A DNA stretch of 64,000 nt from the NCBI RefSeq assembly GCF_006345805.1, contig NC_043013.1, forward strand, positions 31,062,001-31,126,000, read 5' to 3'. Positions within the stretch are counted from its first letter, which is position 1, and each line of letters begins with the position of its first letter. Under the pieces are notes generated by a model. The model did no database searches and was not told the DNA's origin. It saw only the letters and a list, made by a program, of their open reading frames with translations. The translations under genes and the position numbers were made by a program. Positions 1 to 13,567 of this stretch are shown here, in pieces. This stretch comes from Octopus sinensis (taxonomy: Eukaryota).

Positions 1-204
1 GAATCAATAATTTCTATACTATACTGATTTCCTTCTTTCTTCCAGCAACGCTATGATTATATCAGGTTGATCCAAGCTCTATTGCATTCTTTATTAGTGG
101 GGACCACTTTCGCCTAATGTAAGATTTGGGTTGTCTGATAACTTGGGAGAAGAGCTTAGTTGATGGAATTTGAAGAAGACGGTTGCATGATTATATTTTT
201 TAAC

Positions 205-272
205 ATGTTTCAGTCATTTGTCGAGGCCATACTCGAGCGCCGCCTTTTAGTTGAAGAAATTGACCCCAGGAC
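205..272 (-). mobile_element. 3' fragment of SINE family A
   Basis: Matches the 3' end of the fuller copy at 903-1285 (TTTCAGTCATTTG...GGCCAT...CGCCTTTTAGT). Confidence 0.7.
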
Positions 273-326
<54 letters not shown>

Positions 327-597
327 GTGTGTGTGTTTTGAATATATATATACATATATATTCGAAATGTGACCGCGTATGTACCGTTGGCGATTTTTTC
401 CCTCCATCTTCCCTTCCTCGGATCTTTCCTTTTCCTATGTTTCTGACGAAGAGCTCCACTCGAAACGTTAAATCCTGCTTCTTTCTTTCCTTTCCTGAGC
501 GTCCAATAACACTACATTTGTTTCACGTCCTCGCGTTGTTGTGTTTTCTCTTAGTGTTTTCATGTTTGGATTAACTATATATATATACATATATGAA

Positions 598-1872
598 AGG
601 TGGGTGGAAAGTAGGTAGGCATTAAAAATTGGCAATAAAATCCATATTTTTTTTACAAATTTATTAAAACAAATGATACATGTTTTTCATTACATGGGAA
701 AATGAAAGTAAATCTTCTTATTTCAACGTAAGCACCGGTGGCGTCATCCAGTTTCCTCAAACGGCCAGGAATGGAATGAACAATCTTCTGAAGGACGTCA
801 TCTGAGATATCATTAAGAACATCCTGAATCTGTGCCCCTAAGTACTCCAACGTGTGAGGTTTTGTCCTGTACACCTCCTCTTTCTCTTTTTTTCTTTTTC
901 TCTTTTTACTTGTTTCAGTCATTTGACTGCGGCCATGCTGGAGCACCGCCTTTTAGTCGAGCAAATCGACCCCGGGACTTATTCTTTGTAAGCCCAGTAC
1001 TTATTCTATCGGTCTCTTCTTGCCGAACTGCTAAGTGACAGGGACGTAGACACACCAGCATCGGTTGTCAAGCAATGCTAGGGGGACATATACAAACACA
1101 CACATATATATATACATATATACGACAGGCTTCTTTCAGTTTCCGTCTACCAAACCCACTCACAAGGCATTGGTCGGCCCGGGGCTATAGCAGAAGACAC
1201 TTGCCCAAGATGCCACGCAGTGGGACCGAACCCGGAACCATGTGGTTGGTTAGCAAGCTACTTACGACACAGCCACTCCTGCGCCTATTTTGTGTAATCC
1301 CTCAAGTCAAAATCACCTGGAGTGAGATCTGCACTTCATGGAGTTCTGGACTTCTGCGGTCACAGTCTTCAGGTTTTAGCTCCTGAACATAATGGGATTT
1401 TCACAGACGAAATTTAATTCCTTATGCAACACCGTACGTTTTGCGTGTCTTGTTAATCCATTTTCCCGATCTACTTCACGTGTTGATCTTTGCGGGCTAC
1501 AATTAAACATTTCCTGCACTGTTGCTCGTTCTCTGCTGATCGGGACGTGGTTGGACTCCCACTTCTTCCTTCATCGTTCACAGAGCCCATGGTCATCAGT
1601 TTTGCATGACGACATTTTATTGTGTCCGGAGGTAATGTTCAATGCAAGCCAACTTCTCTGGACCAAAAACAATGGAATTCCACACTTGATAGCGTGCTGC
1701 TATCTTAGTTCGCTCTGAAACAGTCAAGCGACCGGCCATCGCGGAAATAAGAGAGTAAGAAAAGAAAATATCTCCATTAGGGTTGTTCGTTTAAAAATGT
1801 TTATGTCGTAACTTCAATGATATTAAAAATTCTATAAGCAATTTTTTATGCCTAGTTACTTTCCACCCACCC
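598..1872 (-). mobile_element. Degenerate Tc1/mariner-superfamily DNA transposon, interrupted by a SINE
   Basis: Imperfect TIRs GGTGGGTGGAAAGTAggTAGGCAT (599-622) and ATGCCTAGTTACTTTCCACCCACCC (1848-1872), TA at right end. Minus-strand remnants SADLTPGDFDLRDYTK (cf. SPDLTPCDFFLWGYLK) and C-terminal IPGRLRKLDDATGAYVE. Confidence 0.8.
903..1285 (-). mobile_element. Full-length tRNA-derived SINE family A inserted in the transposase remnant
   Basis: Head GGCGCAGGAGTGGCTGTG...TTCCGGGTTCGGTCCC (A/B-box-like), internal CA/TA tract, 3' end GGTGCTCCAGCATGGCCGCAGTCAAATGACTGAAACAAGTAAAAA; several homologues in window. Confidence 0.9.
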
Positions 1873-1873
1873 T

Positions 1874-1997
<124 letters not shown>

Positions 1998-2156
1998 ACG
2001 ACGGGCTTTTTGTCAATCTTCGTCTAGCAAATCCGCTCAAACGGCTTTGGTCGGCCCGAAGCTTCTAAGACACTTCATCAAAGTGCCACGCAGTGGGACT
2101 AAACTCAGAACTTTTGTTGGGGAGAAAGCCGTTTGCCACACACCCATGCCTGTGCC
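1998..2156 (-). mobile_element. SINE family A, 5' half
   Basis: Homologous to 1120-1285. Confidence 0.8.
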
Positions 2157-2160
2157 TATA

Positions 2161-2219
<59 letters not shown>

Positions 2220-2272
2220 TATACACATATATTTATATGTAAACCTCGCTCTCGAACAGTCAAGCGACCGCA

Positions 2273-2314
<42 letters not shown>

Positions 2315-4164
2315 AACATATATAACACACACACACAAGGGAGGAGAGAGAGAGAGAGAGATAAATAGATAGATAATATATAAAGAGATACATATTGATA
2401 TGAATAAGCATATTTATAAGCATAAATGTCTGTATGCTTACTTATATTTATGTATACAGGTATATACCGACAGGCTTAACTACATTTGTACATGTGTGTG
2501 CGTATGGGTATGCACGGATATATGCAATATATATATATATATATATATATATATTGATATTTATATTTACACTCACATTCACACGTATGTATGTGTATTA
2601 TGTGAATGAGTTTTTATGTATGTGCGTGAGCGTGTGGGTGTGGATGTTTGTCTATTAGTTTTTGGTAATGCATAGCTGCGTATCATATATTCTCGTTTTT
2701 TTTTTCTCTTTGTATGCATCGAATTTTTAGCGATCCGTTGCATATTTAATGATAAAATTATAAACACTACGGTGTCATATCTCGACATGACCGCACTCTA
2801 ATAACTGAATCCTGTAAATTTTATAAGAGTTAAAAATAAATCCCCCCACCCCCCACCCGTTGCATCTGTTGCAGATTAAGCAACAAATTTAAGCGTATTA
2901 TTAAAGAAATAATCCATATGTGGCATAATAGCAATTACTTCATAGGAAATATATCGTATGGAAAGTTTTCAATTTTAATCGATATACACAACCTTAATGG
3001 ATATATATATATAAGTTTCACAAATATTTACAAAAATAGGTAAACAATTTATATTTAATCTCGATGTTTACAATAAACGTAATAAAACACATGCTTAAAT
3101 TGTATTTTGTTACCGGCAATGTTTATATTTTCGTTTAAAGTTTTCAATGAGTTACTTTCACTTTCTATATCGTTCTATCACGTTTCTCATTTCTATATCA
3201 CTTTCGCCTTCTTTATTTCCTGTTGATGAACACGTATTTACACGTACAAACACACAAACACGCGGATACACATAAACACATACATATATATCAATATATG
3301 TATATACATATATTTATACACACACACTCATACAGACGCATGTGTGTGTGTGCGCGTCCGTATATGTGTATATGTATTTATGGCGCATATGTGTGCGTAT
3401 ATACTTATCGGGTTGTCTTCCTTCTGTCTCTTCCTGACCACACCTACCTATTCGTCAATGAAAAGAAGCTACTATATACAATATACAAAAGCTCATACAT
3501 TCGCCGACTGTTTATTTCTGTGTTGTCACAGTTCCACCTCTTTACGCCTTAAATGTTACGAAACAATACTACAAATAATAGGAAAGGACAGATTAATTAC
3601 GTTACTAAAGTCCTATACAATCCTGGATGGGATAGCCAAGGATGGAATACTTTTGATCATAGTTGTATTCAACGAGGTTTGAACAGAACAACACCAACAG
3701 CAGTAACAGCTGTCGCAGTTTCACAAACATTTTTTTAATAGTAAAAATCAAATATAACAGTGATATCAACAAAAATATCAAAGTAAATATAAACATCCTT
3801 TTCGTGAATAACAACTTCAGTTTGTTTCCGTTCCTCTAACTACACCCTCCTCTTTCTGTTTAAACCTATCCGTCTTTATTTTTCTTCTTCTTTCATTCTG
3901 TCTCGCCTTATTTGCTTCTCTCCTACGCTTTCTCTCTCGCCTTTTCTTTACCTCCACACAAAGCTTGTTTATATTAATATTTCATTATACACACATACAC
4001 AACACACATACACAACAATAGTCACTCACATACGCGCACATACATATACATTTAGATGTATGCATATGCATCCACACATAAAAAAACATATTTGCATATA
4101 TAAACTGGTATTTTGTTCATTGATGTTTTTTATTATTGTTTTTCTGTTGTAATAATTTCGAGGC

Positions 4165-4356
4165 TAGCCACAAAACGAATTAATTTTGAGGGGAGGAAGT
4201 TAGCATAAGCCATCGACCTTAGTGTTTGGCTGGTATTTTATTTTATTGGACCCGAGAAATGATGAACGGCAACGTCATTTGAACTCGGAACGTAAGGATC
4301 AAGTAAAAAAAAAATGCTGCAAAACATTTTGTCTGTTGTCTAAACGATTCTTTGTC
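4165..4356 (-). mobile_element. Degenerate SINE family B
   Basis: CATCGACC..AGTG...GACCCGA...GATGAA.GGCAA..TTTGAACTC pattern shared with 8000-8378. Confidence 0.65.
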
Positions 4357-4384
4357 GAAAAAACAAGCTAGAAAGTAGCAGCTT

Positions 4385-4404
4385 GATATCATCATCATCA
4401 TCAC

Positions 4405-4437
<33 letters not shown>

Positions 4438-4620
4438 CATCATCATCATCATCAATATCTTGAATAATATCATCGTCATCTTTAACACGGTCATCGTTAT
4501 CATCATCAACGTCCTCTTCATCTTCACCCGTGTAGTGATCGAATCGTTTTCTCATTGTTGTCACCGTCACTACCAACATCGACGTCGTCGCCGTCATCAT
4601 CGTCATCATCGTCGTCGTCG

Positions 4621-4668
<48 letters not shown>
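4385..4668. repeat. (CAT/CGT)n trinucleotide microsatellite
   Basis: Seen directly; source of the poly-M/D/H ORFs. Confidence 0.95.
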
Positions 4669-5746
4669 CTATTGTCCTTCGGGTTATTTTAACCGCTGCT
4701 TATCATAATCAGCACGGACAAATGTAGCAGCAGCATATAAAATGTAATTTATCACTTCACATTATTTTATTTACATCTTTTCCCATTCGGTATCTTTTTT
4801 TTACCCCATTTTTTTTTTACATTTATTCACTTCTTTCGCATTTGTCTTAAGCTGTTGTTGTTGTTGTTGCTGTTTTTTGTGCGTTTTGTTTTATTGATTT
4901 CTTAATGTTTACTCCCTTCTTTAGGGAGTTCTACACCGAACTTTAAAATATCTAGAATTATTGACTATTAAAGTTTAGTACTCACATACCTACACAAAGT
5001 TATATATAGTATCAACTTGAATGCTAAGAAGATATTCTTACCCTCCTACAAATAATAGCCAAATTTCTATTTAATCACACCTGATAACGCTTTTAAGAGG
5101 AATAGCTACGTTTGTTAGTGGGAGCTAAACTGGGACCAAACTTCAAATCACCAACAGCAATAACTCTTATATAAACAATATGACCACCAACTACGAAAAA
5201 GTTTCCTCCGCCGCTAACAATAACAATTAAAAAGTATGTCATTAGGAGGCTAGAAATTTTGCTGAAAATAATAGCTACGCATTCTACTAAAAAAATAACA
5301 GCCCATTGTCACCCAAGTCCACACTACCGTCTGAAATAAAATATAAAGTAGATAGAGATATGTAGAAAGATGATATAGCCATGTTTGGTACATCAGTAAT
5401 CATAAATCTGTTGACAGATTATAGTATTGACATATGACTAGACAAATATCAACTGAAAAAAGAAATCAACATTAATAACATAGATATTAACTTCAACAAT
5501 GATATAAAGATGATATTTTATAAGACAAAACTAAAGAAAAAAATCTTCCAATTTTATAACTGAAAGAGTGGGGAAGGGGAAATGCGAAGTACTTACATAA
5601 ATCGACCATCTGTCATCGACAGCAAAATATTAAAAAATGTATACTGTATATGTGCACAAGCGTTTGCGTGTGTATGTGTGTATTCATACACGTATACATA
5701 TATATATATATATATATAAATGTGTGTATGTATGCATGTATGTATG

Positions 5747-5777
<31 letters not shown>

Positions 5778-5854
5778 GTATGTATGTATGCATGTAAATA
5801 TATATATATATATCCATGTATATATGTAAGTATGTATCTATGTATGTATGCATG

Positions 5855-5887
<33 letters not shown>

Positions 5888-5919
5888 GTGTATGTATATA
5901 AGTATGTATCTATGTATGC

Positions 5920-5957
<38 letters not shown>

Positions 5958-6866
5958 GTGTGTGTATCTGTGTATCTGTCTGTGTCTGAGTGTGCGTGTG
6001 TGTATATGTGTGTGTGTGTGAATGTGTATGTATGTGTGTGAGTGAGTGTGATGAAAAAAATTACATAAAACTGCAACAAAACTAAACATAAATACAAAAA
6101 AATCAATAAAGATTTGTCAAATCATGAACATATGGACTTCTCTACTATAAAAAAAAATATATATATACATACAGCATAATAGGAGAATATAAATATATAA
6201 ATATATACACGAGGCATGATTTAGCGGATAATAATCAGCAAGGGAAAAAATAAAGTCTATACATACAAAACGTTCTTATATTTACTTATATTTTCTATCA
6301 TATCTTTCAATTTACTATTCAACGATCTCAGTTTAAATATAAATAATAACATCGAAGTAAGTAAACACTCGAATAAAGGTCGCAATTCTTACATATATCT
6401 GTGTACATAATGTATACTTTCTTCAATATTTTATTACTTTTGTTTGGACACCTGTTTTTTCGTTGCTATCCTGATACGTAGTTCTCGGTTATTCATTTCT
6501 TTGTGTTGTTGAACAATCTATTTGTTCCTTCATTGATTTGTTTATATATTTATTCATTCATTTACCTATTTATTTATGTATCTATTTTTTTCATTTTTTT
6601 TCTTCTCTTCAATTAACTAACTTCATGGTTTGTTTAGTCGATATTCATTATACAAGAAGGCAACGCGTTGGGATCGTTTAATTGAGAGTTATCATCATTT
6701 GGTATAAATACACACGCCTTGGAGAAAAAATGAAGTTGTTTATTTATTATTGAGTACATACTGCCTTTCATCAGCTGCCCTGGCCAAATTGTTTTCAGCC
6801 TATTAACACAAAACCTCAGGTAATGTCCATTCAAGTTTTCTTACACTAATAATGTGCACCATATAA

Positions 6867-7660
6867 GGCGGCGAGCTGGCAGAAACGTTAGCACGCCGGG
6901 TGAAATGCGTGGCCGTATTTCGTCTGCCGCTAGGTTCTGAGTTCAAATTCCGCCGAGGTTGACTTTGCCGTTCATATTTTCGGGGTCGATTAAATAAGTA
7001 CCAATTACGCACTGGGGTCGATATAATCGACTTAATCCGTTTGTCTGTCCTTGTTTGTCCTCTCTGTGTTTAGCCCCTTGTGGGTAGTAAAGAAATAGCT
7101 ATTTCGTCTGCCGCTACGTTCTGAGTTCAAATTCCCCCGAGGTCGACTTTGCCTTTCATCCTTTTGGGGGTCGATAAATTAAATACCAGTTACGCACGGG
7201 GGTCGATATTATCGATTTAATCCCTTTGTCTGTCCTTGTTTTTCCCCTCTATGTTTAGGCCCTTGCGAGCAATAAGAAACGTTACAACGCCGGGCGAAAT
7301 GCTTAGCGGTATTTCGTCTGCCGTTACGTTCTGAGTTCAAATTCCGCCGAGGTCGGCTTTGCCTTTCATCCTTTCGGGGTCGATAAATTCAGTACCAGTT
7401 ACGCACTGGGGTCGATGTAATCGACTTAATCCGTTTGCCTGTCCTTGTTTGTCCTGTCTGTGTTTAGCCCATTGTGGGTAGTAAAGAAATACGTATTTCG
7501 TCTGTCGCTACGCTCTGAGTTTGAATTCCTCCGAGGTCGACTTTGCTTTTCATCTTTTTGGGGTCGATAAATCAAGTACCAGCTACGCACTGGGGTCGAT
7601 TTAATCGACTGGCCACCACCCAAAAATTTGGGGCCTTGTGCCTAGGGTAGAAAGAATGAT
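6867..7660 (+). mobile_element. Tandem tetramer of SINE family B
   Basis: Four ~165-230 bp units (6867-7097, 7098-7274, 7275-7491, 7492-7660), each with B-box-like GAGTT(C/T)(A/G)AATTCC; array flanked by direct repeat TGCACCATAT (6855-6864, 7662-7671). Confidence 0.92.
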
Positions 7661-7989
7661 ATGCACCATATTAATACTGTGACGAACGTTGCATGCGAGA
7701 TCCACAGGAATTTTAAGAATTTGACATGTCATCGCCCCGAGATCTACATACGGCAAAATCTATATAAAAGTATATTAAAATCTACTTTCTTATGTGAAAT
7801 ATATGTACATCACAACATTTCAATTCTATTACTGTAAAATATTAAAGGCAACCAAAAATATAAATTACTATTTTAATCATAGTAATCCGAATAAATGAAC
7901 TGTAATAAAAATGCATGTTTAATTTCTATTTCTAGTAATTCATCCGAACAAGATAAAGAAGACAGAAATAGTTTAAAATGATAATAATA

Positions 7990-8378
7990 ACCATTTGTAT
8001 TATAGGCACAAGGCCTGAAATTTGGGGACGGAGATTAGTCGATTACATCGACACCAGTGTTTTACTGGTACTGAATTTATCGACCCTGAAAGGATGAAAC
8101 GCAAAGTCGACTTCGGCGAAATTTGAACTCAGAACGCAGCGACTGGCGAAATACCTATTTCATTACTACCAACAAGGGGCTAAACACAGGCAGGACAAAC
8201 AAGGGCAGACAAACGGATTAAGTCGATTATATCGACCCCAGCACGTAAATGGTACTTAATTTATCGACCCCGAAAGGATGAAAGGCAAAGTCGACCTCGG
8301 CGGAATCTGAACTCAGAACGTAACGGCAGATGAAATACTGCTAAGCATTTCGCCCGGCGTCTCTGCCAGCGCACCGCC
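7990..8378 (-). mobile_element. Dimer of SINE family B
   Basis: Two units joined at GAAATA|GGTATTTCG (~8150-8160); head ends at 8378. Confidence 0.9.
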
Positions 8379-8660
8379 TAAATAATAATAATAATAATAA
8401 TAATAACAACAACAACAACAAAAGGCAATAATGATAGTAATAATAATAACAACAACAACAACAAAAAGCAATAATAATAGTAATAATAATAACACAACAA
8501 CAACAACAAAAAGCAATAATAATAGCAATAATAACAATAACAACAACAACAAAAAGCAATAATAATAATAGTAAGAATAATAACAACAACAGCAGCAACA
8601 TCAACAAGAACAGCTATAACAGAATGACGACAGCTACGATGATGATGATGATGATGATTT
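8379..8660. repeat. Compound (AAT)n/(AAC)n/(GAT)n repeat with a higher-order AAAAGCAATAATAATAG unit
   Basis: Seen directly. Confidence 0.9.
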
Positions 8661-9661
8661 ATTTGTCACTAAGGCTTGGATGAGGGGAACAATAAAATGT
8701 TTCAAACTTTAGCAAACAGATGATTTACTTATAATTTTAAAATAGTAATTCATTATTAGTGTTCTGCGGACGTTAAAGAAGCATATGAAAAGGACTAGAA
8801 TATTGATGAGAAAGAAGAAAAAAGACGTGCTGGATCCATATGTCTGTGAGTGAGCCTGCCTATATGCGCATGTACGTATGTGAGTGTGTATGTGTGTGTG
8901 TGCGTACGTGAATGATGGCGGGAGTGTATGGAAATGTGTTTAGGAATATCGCTCCCCACCGAGGAGGTCCCGGTTTTGAATCTAATCTTATGATACCTCG
9001 AATAAGGGCTTATAAGAGACAAATTTGTGGTTGGAGACACTATGACCGTCTAGAAGCTGTGCCTCGTTTATTTGGCTTCAGTTTTACCGTATGGAACGGT
9101 GAACGTATGCGTGAAATGCTCAGTCACTCACGCGCGTATTCGACTAGATTTGTGTACAAGACGGATAACAGGAAGTTCATGGTCGATGAGTGAAACGGGA
9201 GGCATTATCAGGAACATCATCATCGTCGTAGTTGTGGTTTTCACCATCACCACCGACGTAGTTACGTCGATGACCATCGCCATTATCATCACCAACAACC
9301 TCGCCATCATCATCATCACCATAAAGACCATCTTAATATGTATGTGAACCTGTTTTCGTTTTCTTTTACTGCTTATTGCTTTGCCGTCTTCTGTTATTGT
9401 ATTGCAACCATGCTGCGGCAACACATCCAAGAGAACCACTGGTATGGTTACAAACGTCTTGTACTTTCGGTATCTGTAGAGCTGTTGTATACATAGACAC
9501 AACAGCCACATAGAATTAAACAAACGTGTACTTAGTAAACACACACAAGCTGAAACACAATCGCGCTCACTCTCACACACACACATGCGCACTAACCTGC
9601 ACACACAGCTATATCATAGACACATATATACATACTTATACACAAATATATAAAAAATATA

Positions 9662-10391
9662 TGCCACTCCATCGCTTACAAAGATCAGGGTACCAGTTGA
9701 TCCGATCAAAGGAACAATCGGCTCGTGAAATTAACGTAGAAGTGGCTGAGCACTCCACAGACACGTGTATCATTAACATAGTTCTCACGGAGATTCAGCC
9801 TGACACATGATGCGACAAGGCACTATTCATTTTTCGCCAGCTCAGAGGACAGTAGTAACGTGAAATAAAGTGCCTTGCTCAAGGAGACAACACGTCGCCG
9901 GGTATCACGACATTACCTATTTCTTTACTACCCACAAGGTGCTAAACACAGAGGGGACAAACAAAGACAGACAAACGCATTAAGTCGATTATATCAACCC
10001 CAGTGCGTAACTGATACTTAATGTATCGACCCCGAAAGGATGAAAAGCAAAGTCGACCTCGGCCGAACTGGAAATAAGAATGTAACGGCAGACGAAATAC
10101 ATATTTTTTTACTACCCCCAAGGGGCTAAACACTGAGAAGACAAACAATGAAAAAAAAAAAACGGATTAAGTCGATTATATCGACCTCAGTGTGTAACTG
10201 GTACTTATTTAATCTACCCCGAAAGGATGAAAGGTAAAGTCAACCTCGGCTGAATTTGAACTCAGAACGTAACGGCAGGCGAAATACCGCAAATCATTTT
10301 GCCCGGCGTGCTAACATTTCTGCCAACTCGCCGCCCTATAGCACGAGTTTACCATCGTGAGCCGAATACCCAAACCGCTAAGTCACGTGCC
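9662..10391 (-). mobile_element. SINE family C, split by a family B dimer
   Basis: 9662-9917 and 10336-10391 together match the intact family C copy at 29640-29951. Confidence 0.85.
9918..10335 (-). mobile_element. Dimer of SINE family B nested in a family C head
   Basis: Two units; flanks CACGACATTACC (9906-9917) and CACGAGTTTACC (10342-10353) look like a decayed TSD. Confidence 0.88.
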
Positions 10392-11050
10392 ATTACTATA
10401 CTCATATACATATAAACACGCAAATACATATATATTACAGGCACACATACATGTGCACACAAACGACAGTTCCCGTAGAACTTCAGCATTTGCTCGAGGT
10501 GCCCCGCATTACGATGGAAATTGGAAGCATGCTGTTGTAAAGTAAAACTCTTCGACATACGTCTATAACTTTAGTGCATTTATAAATACGTATGTGCCAA
10601 CGTGGCATATTTTATACTATTTGACACGTGCTAGCGAGAACGTAGGAATATTTTTTTATATTTGACGCGGTGATATTACTGTTAAGTATTTTACTAATCC
10701 AAGTGGGTGATTGTAAACTTCGTTTAAACTTCACCATGAAATATATTTCACACTAAGCTTACAATGTAAGTTCTGATGCAATCCGTCAATGTTCGCATGA
10801 CTCATGAACAGGTGCTACATAATAATAGCGGAGATCGATATAGATGTTGTTATAGAAAGGTTTCACCGAGCTAACTCTGTTCAAGCAGATCTGTAAATAT
10901 GTAAATTCTACAATTTTAACGTCGCTAAAGGAAATTGTTAGAAGGAAACGGCTGTTAATTAGAGAAAGCTTGCCGAGTATACTCCCGAAAATTGTATATA
11001 CTCAAGAAATTATATTACAATAATTTGGCTTGCGAAATTTGTAATAAATA

Positions 11051-11610
11051 TTGGGTTGTCCGGAAAGTTCTTGCCGATTTTTAAAGGAAGGGAAAAAGGT
11101 AAATAAACACTTGCCATTTTAATCAGCCAAATATGAACCATTTTGTTGCACAATGCATCTCCATCTTTCCTTTACTTGAAAATACCCTCTTCCCAGAATT
11201 GAGGTGGTTTCCTGGCAAAGAATTCATCAACGTATCTTTTTACGCCATCCAAGGAATTGAAATTTTTACCATTAAGACTATTCTGCAGAGACCTAAATAA
11301 GAGGACATCCGAAGAAGCAATATCTGGTAAATATATAGGGTGAGGTAACACATCCCAGCCGAGCTGCAGCAAATTTTTGTCTGGTTCCCAAAGCATCAAG
11401 TGCCGAAAAGGAACTTTCTTATCTTCCATTTTAAAGGGTTACAGAATTAACACAGGTTATAGGAACATAAATCTTCTGCCACGAAAAGATAGCTTAAACT
11501 GTGTTCTAAATGGAGGTGTAGTGAAATCCTATTTTATGGACTCAACCATGTTCTAAAATAAGTCGAAATGTAAGGTACTATAAATCGGCACGAACTTTCC
11601 GGACAACCAA
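11051..11610 (-). mobile_element. Internally deleted mariner (DD34D-type) element
   Basis: ~30-bp TIRs TTGGGTTGTCCGGAAAGTTCTTGCCGATTT / AAATCGGCACGAACTTTCCGGACAACCAA with TA on both sides; ORF 11172-11429 fuses N-terminal MEDKKVPFRHLMLWE to WDVLPHPIYLPDIASSD (cf. HPPYSPDLAPSD). Confidence 0.93.
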
Positions 11611-11749
11611 TAAAAAGCGCTATTAGTATATTATATTTTATCGAAAATTTAAAGTTCTTCGTCACCTATGGATATATAAACAAAGGCGCTGATCCGAAGA
11701 TGCTACCACACCTCAATATCTTGAATACCTAAGACGATTTAGTTCATAT

Positions 11750-12010
11750 CGGTGCGGCTGTGGCTGGTGGTAAGACGCTTGCTTCCCAGCTACATGTTGC
11801 CGAGTTCATTCCTACTTCATGGTACCTTGAGTATCTTCTCTTGTCGCGAGTTGACCAACTACTTTTGTGTGCATTAGGTTGACAGAAAAATGGAAGATGA
11901 CCTTGTATACATTTGCGTGTGCATGTGTTTGTCTTTGTCGCCACCCGTAACGTTTGACAACCGGTATAGGTTTGTTTATGTTCCTGGTTATTTTGTTCGG
12001 CGGAAAACAC
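11750..12010 (+). mobile_element. Degenerate SINE family A
   Basis: GTGGCTGGTGGTAAGACGCTTGCTTCCC head and TTGACAACCGGT body motif. Confidence 0.65.
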
Positions 12011-12094
12011 ATCGAGAGCGTGCCCCACTATGGCTGCATCCCAATGACTGGAACGAATAAAAAGCAAAAATTATTATTGAATTTTCATTCTTTC

Positions 12095-12480
12095 TTTTAC
12101 TTCCGTCAATATTTGGATTGTGACCAAACCGGAGCACCACTTCGAGAGATTTGGTGAATCCGATCATCCCCCAATGCGTATTTTTTAAAGTCTGGTACTT
12201 ATTATAGCGAATCCCTTTGGGGAACAGTGGAATTACGGGGGCCTAAAGCAATACCGATTGTCAAACGTTGGGGTGAAACAATCAGAAACACAGGCGCACA
12301 TACATACGCACGTCGCATATATGACGGTCATTCGTCCAGTTTCCGTCTAGCAAATGCAGTCAGAAGGCATTGGTCACTTCGAAATAAAACGAAAGTTAGA
12401 CACTTGCTCTACGGGCTTCACAAAGTGACTGAACCCGAAGCAAGATGCTTGCGAAGCAAATGCGTGCATTTATGCGTCAT
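12095..12480 (-). mobile_element. Degenerate SINE family A
   Basis: GGAGCACC, TTTCCGTCTAGCAAAT, GACACTTGC motifs collinear with 903-1285. Confidence 0.65.
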
Positions 12481-12767
12481 AGACAGAAATCGTGTGCGAT
12501 GCTGAAGCTTAAAAATTCTAACTTGAAACATCACTATCACTAATGCTTCGAATTCAAACAAAAATGAAAGCAAAATATAGTTAGTCTTTATATCTGATTC
12601 TAACACATTATATTTTTGAACAGTGGTGATATGAAGCAAACATTTTCATAGAACGAAAATATCATTTCCACAAGATTGCGATTTTGTGTTTCATATCTTC
12701 TGCAACATATCAAGTTGCAGAAGACACACACACACACGCGGGATATATATATATATTTATATATATA

Positions 12768-12839
<72 letters not shown>

Positions 12840-12847
12840 ATATGTGT

Positions 12848-12890
<43 letters not shown>

Positions 12891-13567
12891 TGTGTATCTG
12901 TGTGTACTTATGCATGCGAGTATGCGTATGTGCACATAAATATATACGTATGTATAGTCTCGTGTACAGGGGCATACAAATATTCTAATATGTGACGGAG
13001 CCTGCAGTAACATTGCATGGGTATCACATAAACTTGAAAGAGACAGGAAACTAGATGGAGACTTTAATAACTAGTATTAAATGTGCTTGCCCCTGAGAAC
13101 CTGAATGTCTTTTCGGCATTGGCCCATGACATCTGATCCTTGGAGAGCGGTAGTTGAGTCGTACAAGTGTCTGTTACTATAATTTCTATGGTAGATATGT
13201 AGTCTCCTGCATGCCATTATATTTATTCTTTTCAAACCAATACGATATAACGCTGCAGTACTTTATGATTCCTAAAGCCAATATTATCTTTGTTAGTCTA
13301 TCAAATACTTTATCGTTGGGTGCGGAAAGACTTAGGCAGAGTGACTTGCTGGAAGCATGTATTCAGAAAACCGAACAACATGTGACAGTAGATTTTTCTT
13401 AAGATCCTTTTCGTCAATTTATTGCAGTGAGCTGGATTGGAGGCAAAACACTAGAAAAAGATGCTTCGAACTTAACCTGTCTCCGAAGCTAGTAACATCT
13501 CATTACTTCCCTGGGAATATGAGTAAATATTCCAACAAACAAAGGGTGTGTCTATGTATGTGATGTT

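Noticed and set aside
3532-3738. Non-repetitive plus-strand ORFs after a CACAG acceptor
   Set aside because: Weak donor, no recognisable protein; could be UTR or chance.
5000-5340. Possible NUMT, exon (minus-strand TTTATTTCAG acceptor at ~5331) or hammerhead (CUGAUAA at ~5081)
   Set aside because: All frames have stops, no mitochondrial protein was recognised, and the hammerhead core and stems are non-canonical.
6740-6790. Minus-strand CUGAUGA
   Set aside because: No stem II/GAAA partner.
6867-7660. Tandem ~190-bp units as a CRISPR array or satellite
   Set aside because: No unique spacers; units are SINE copies dispersed elsewhere in the window; eukaryotic context.
8912-9193. 93-aa ORF in a CpG-richer patch
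   Set aside because: No recognisable domain or splice support; its start resembles a decayed SINE head.
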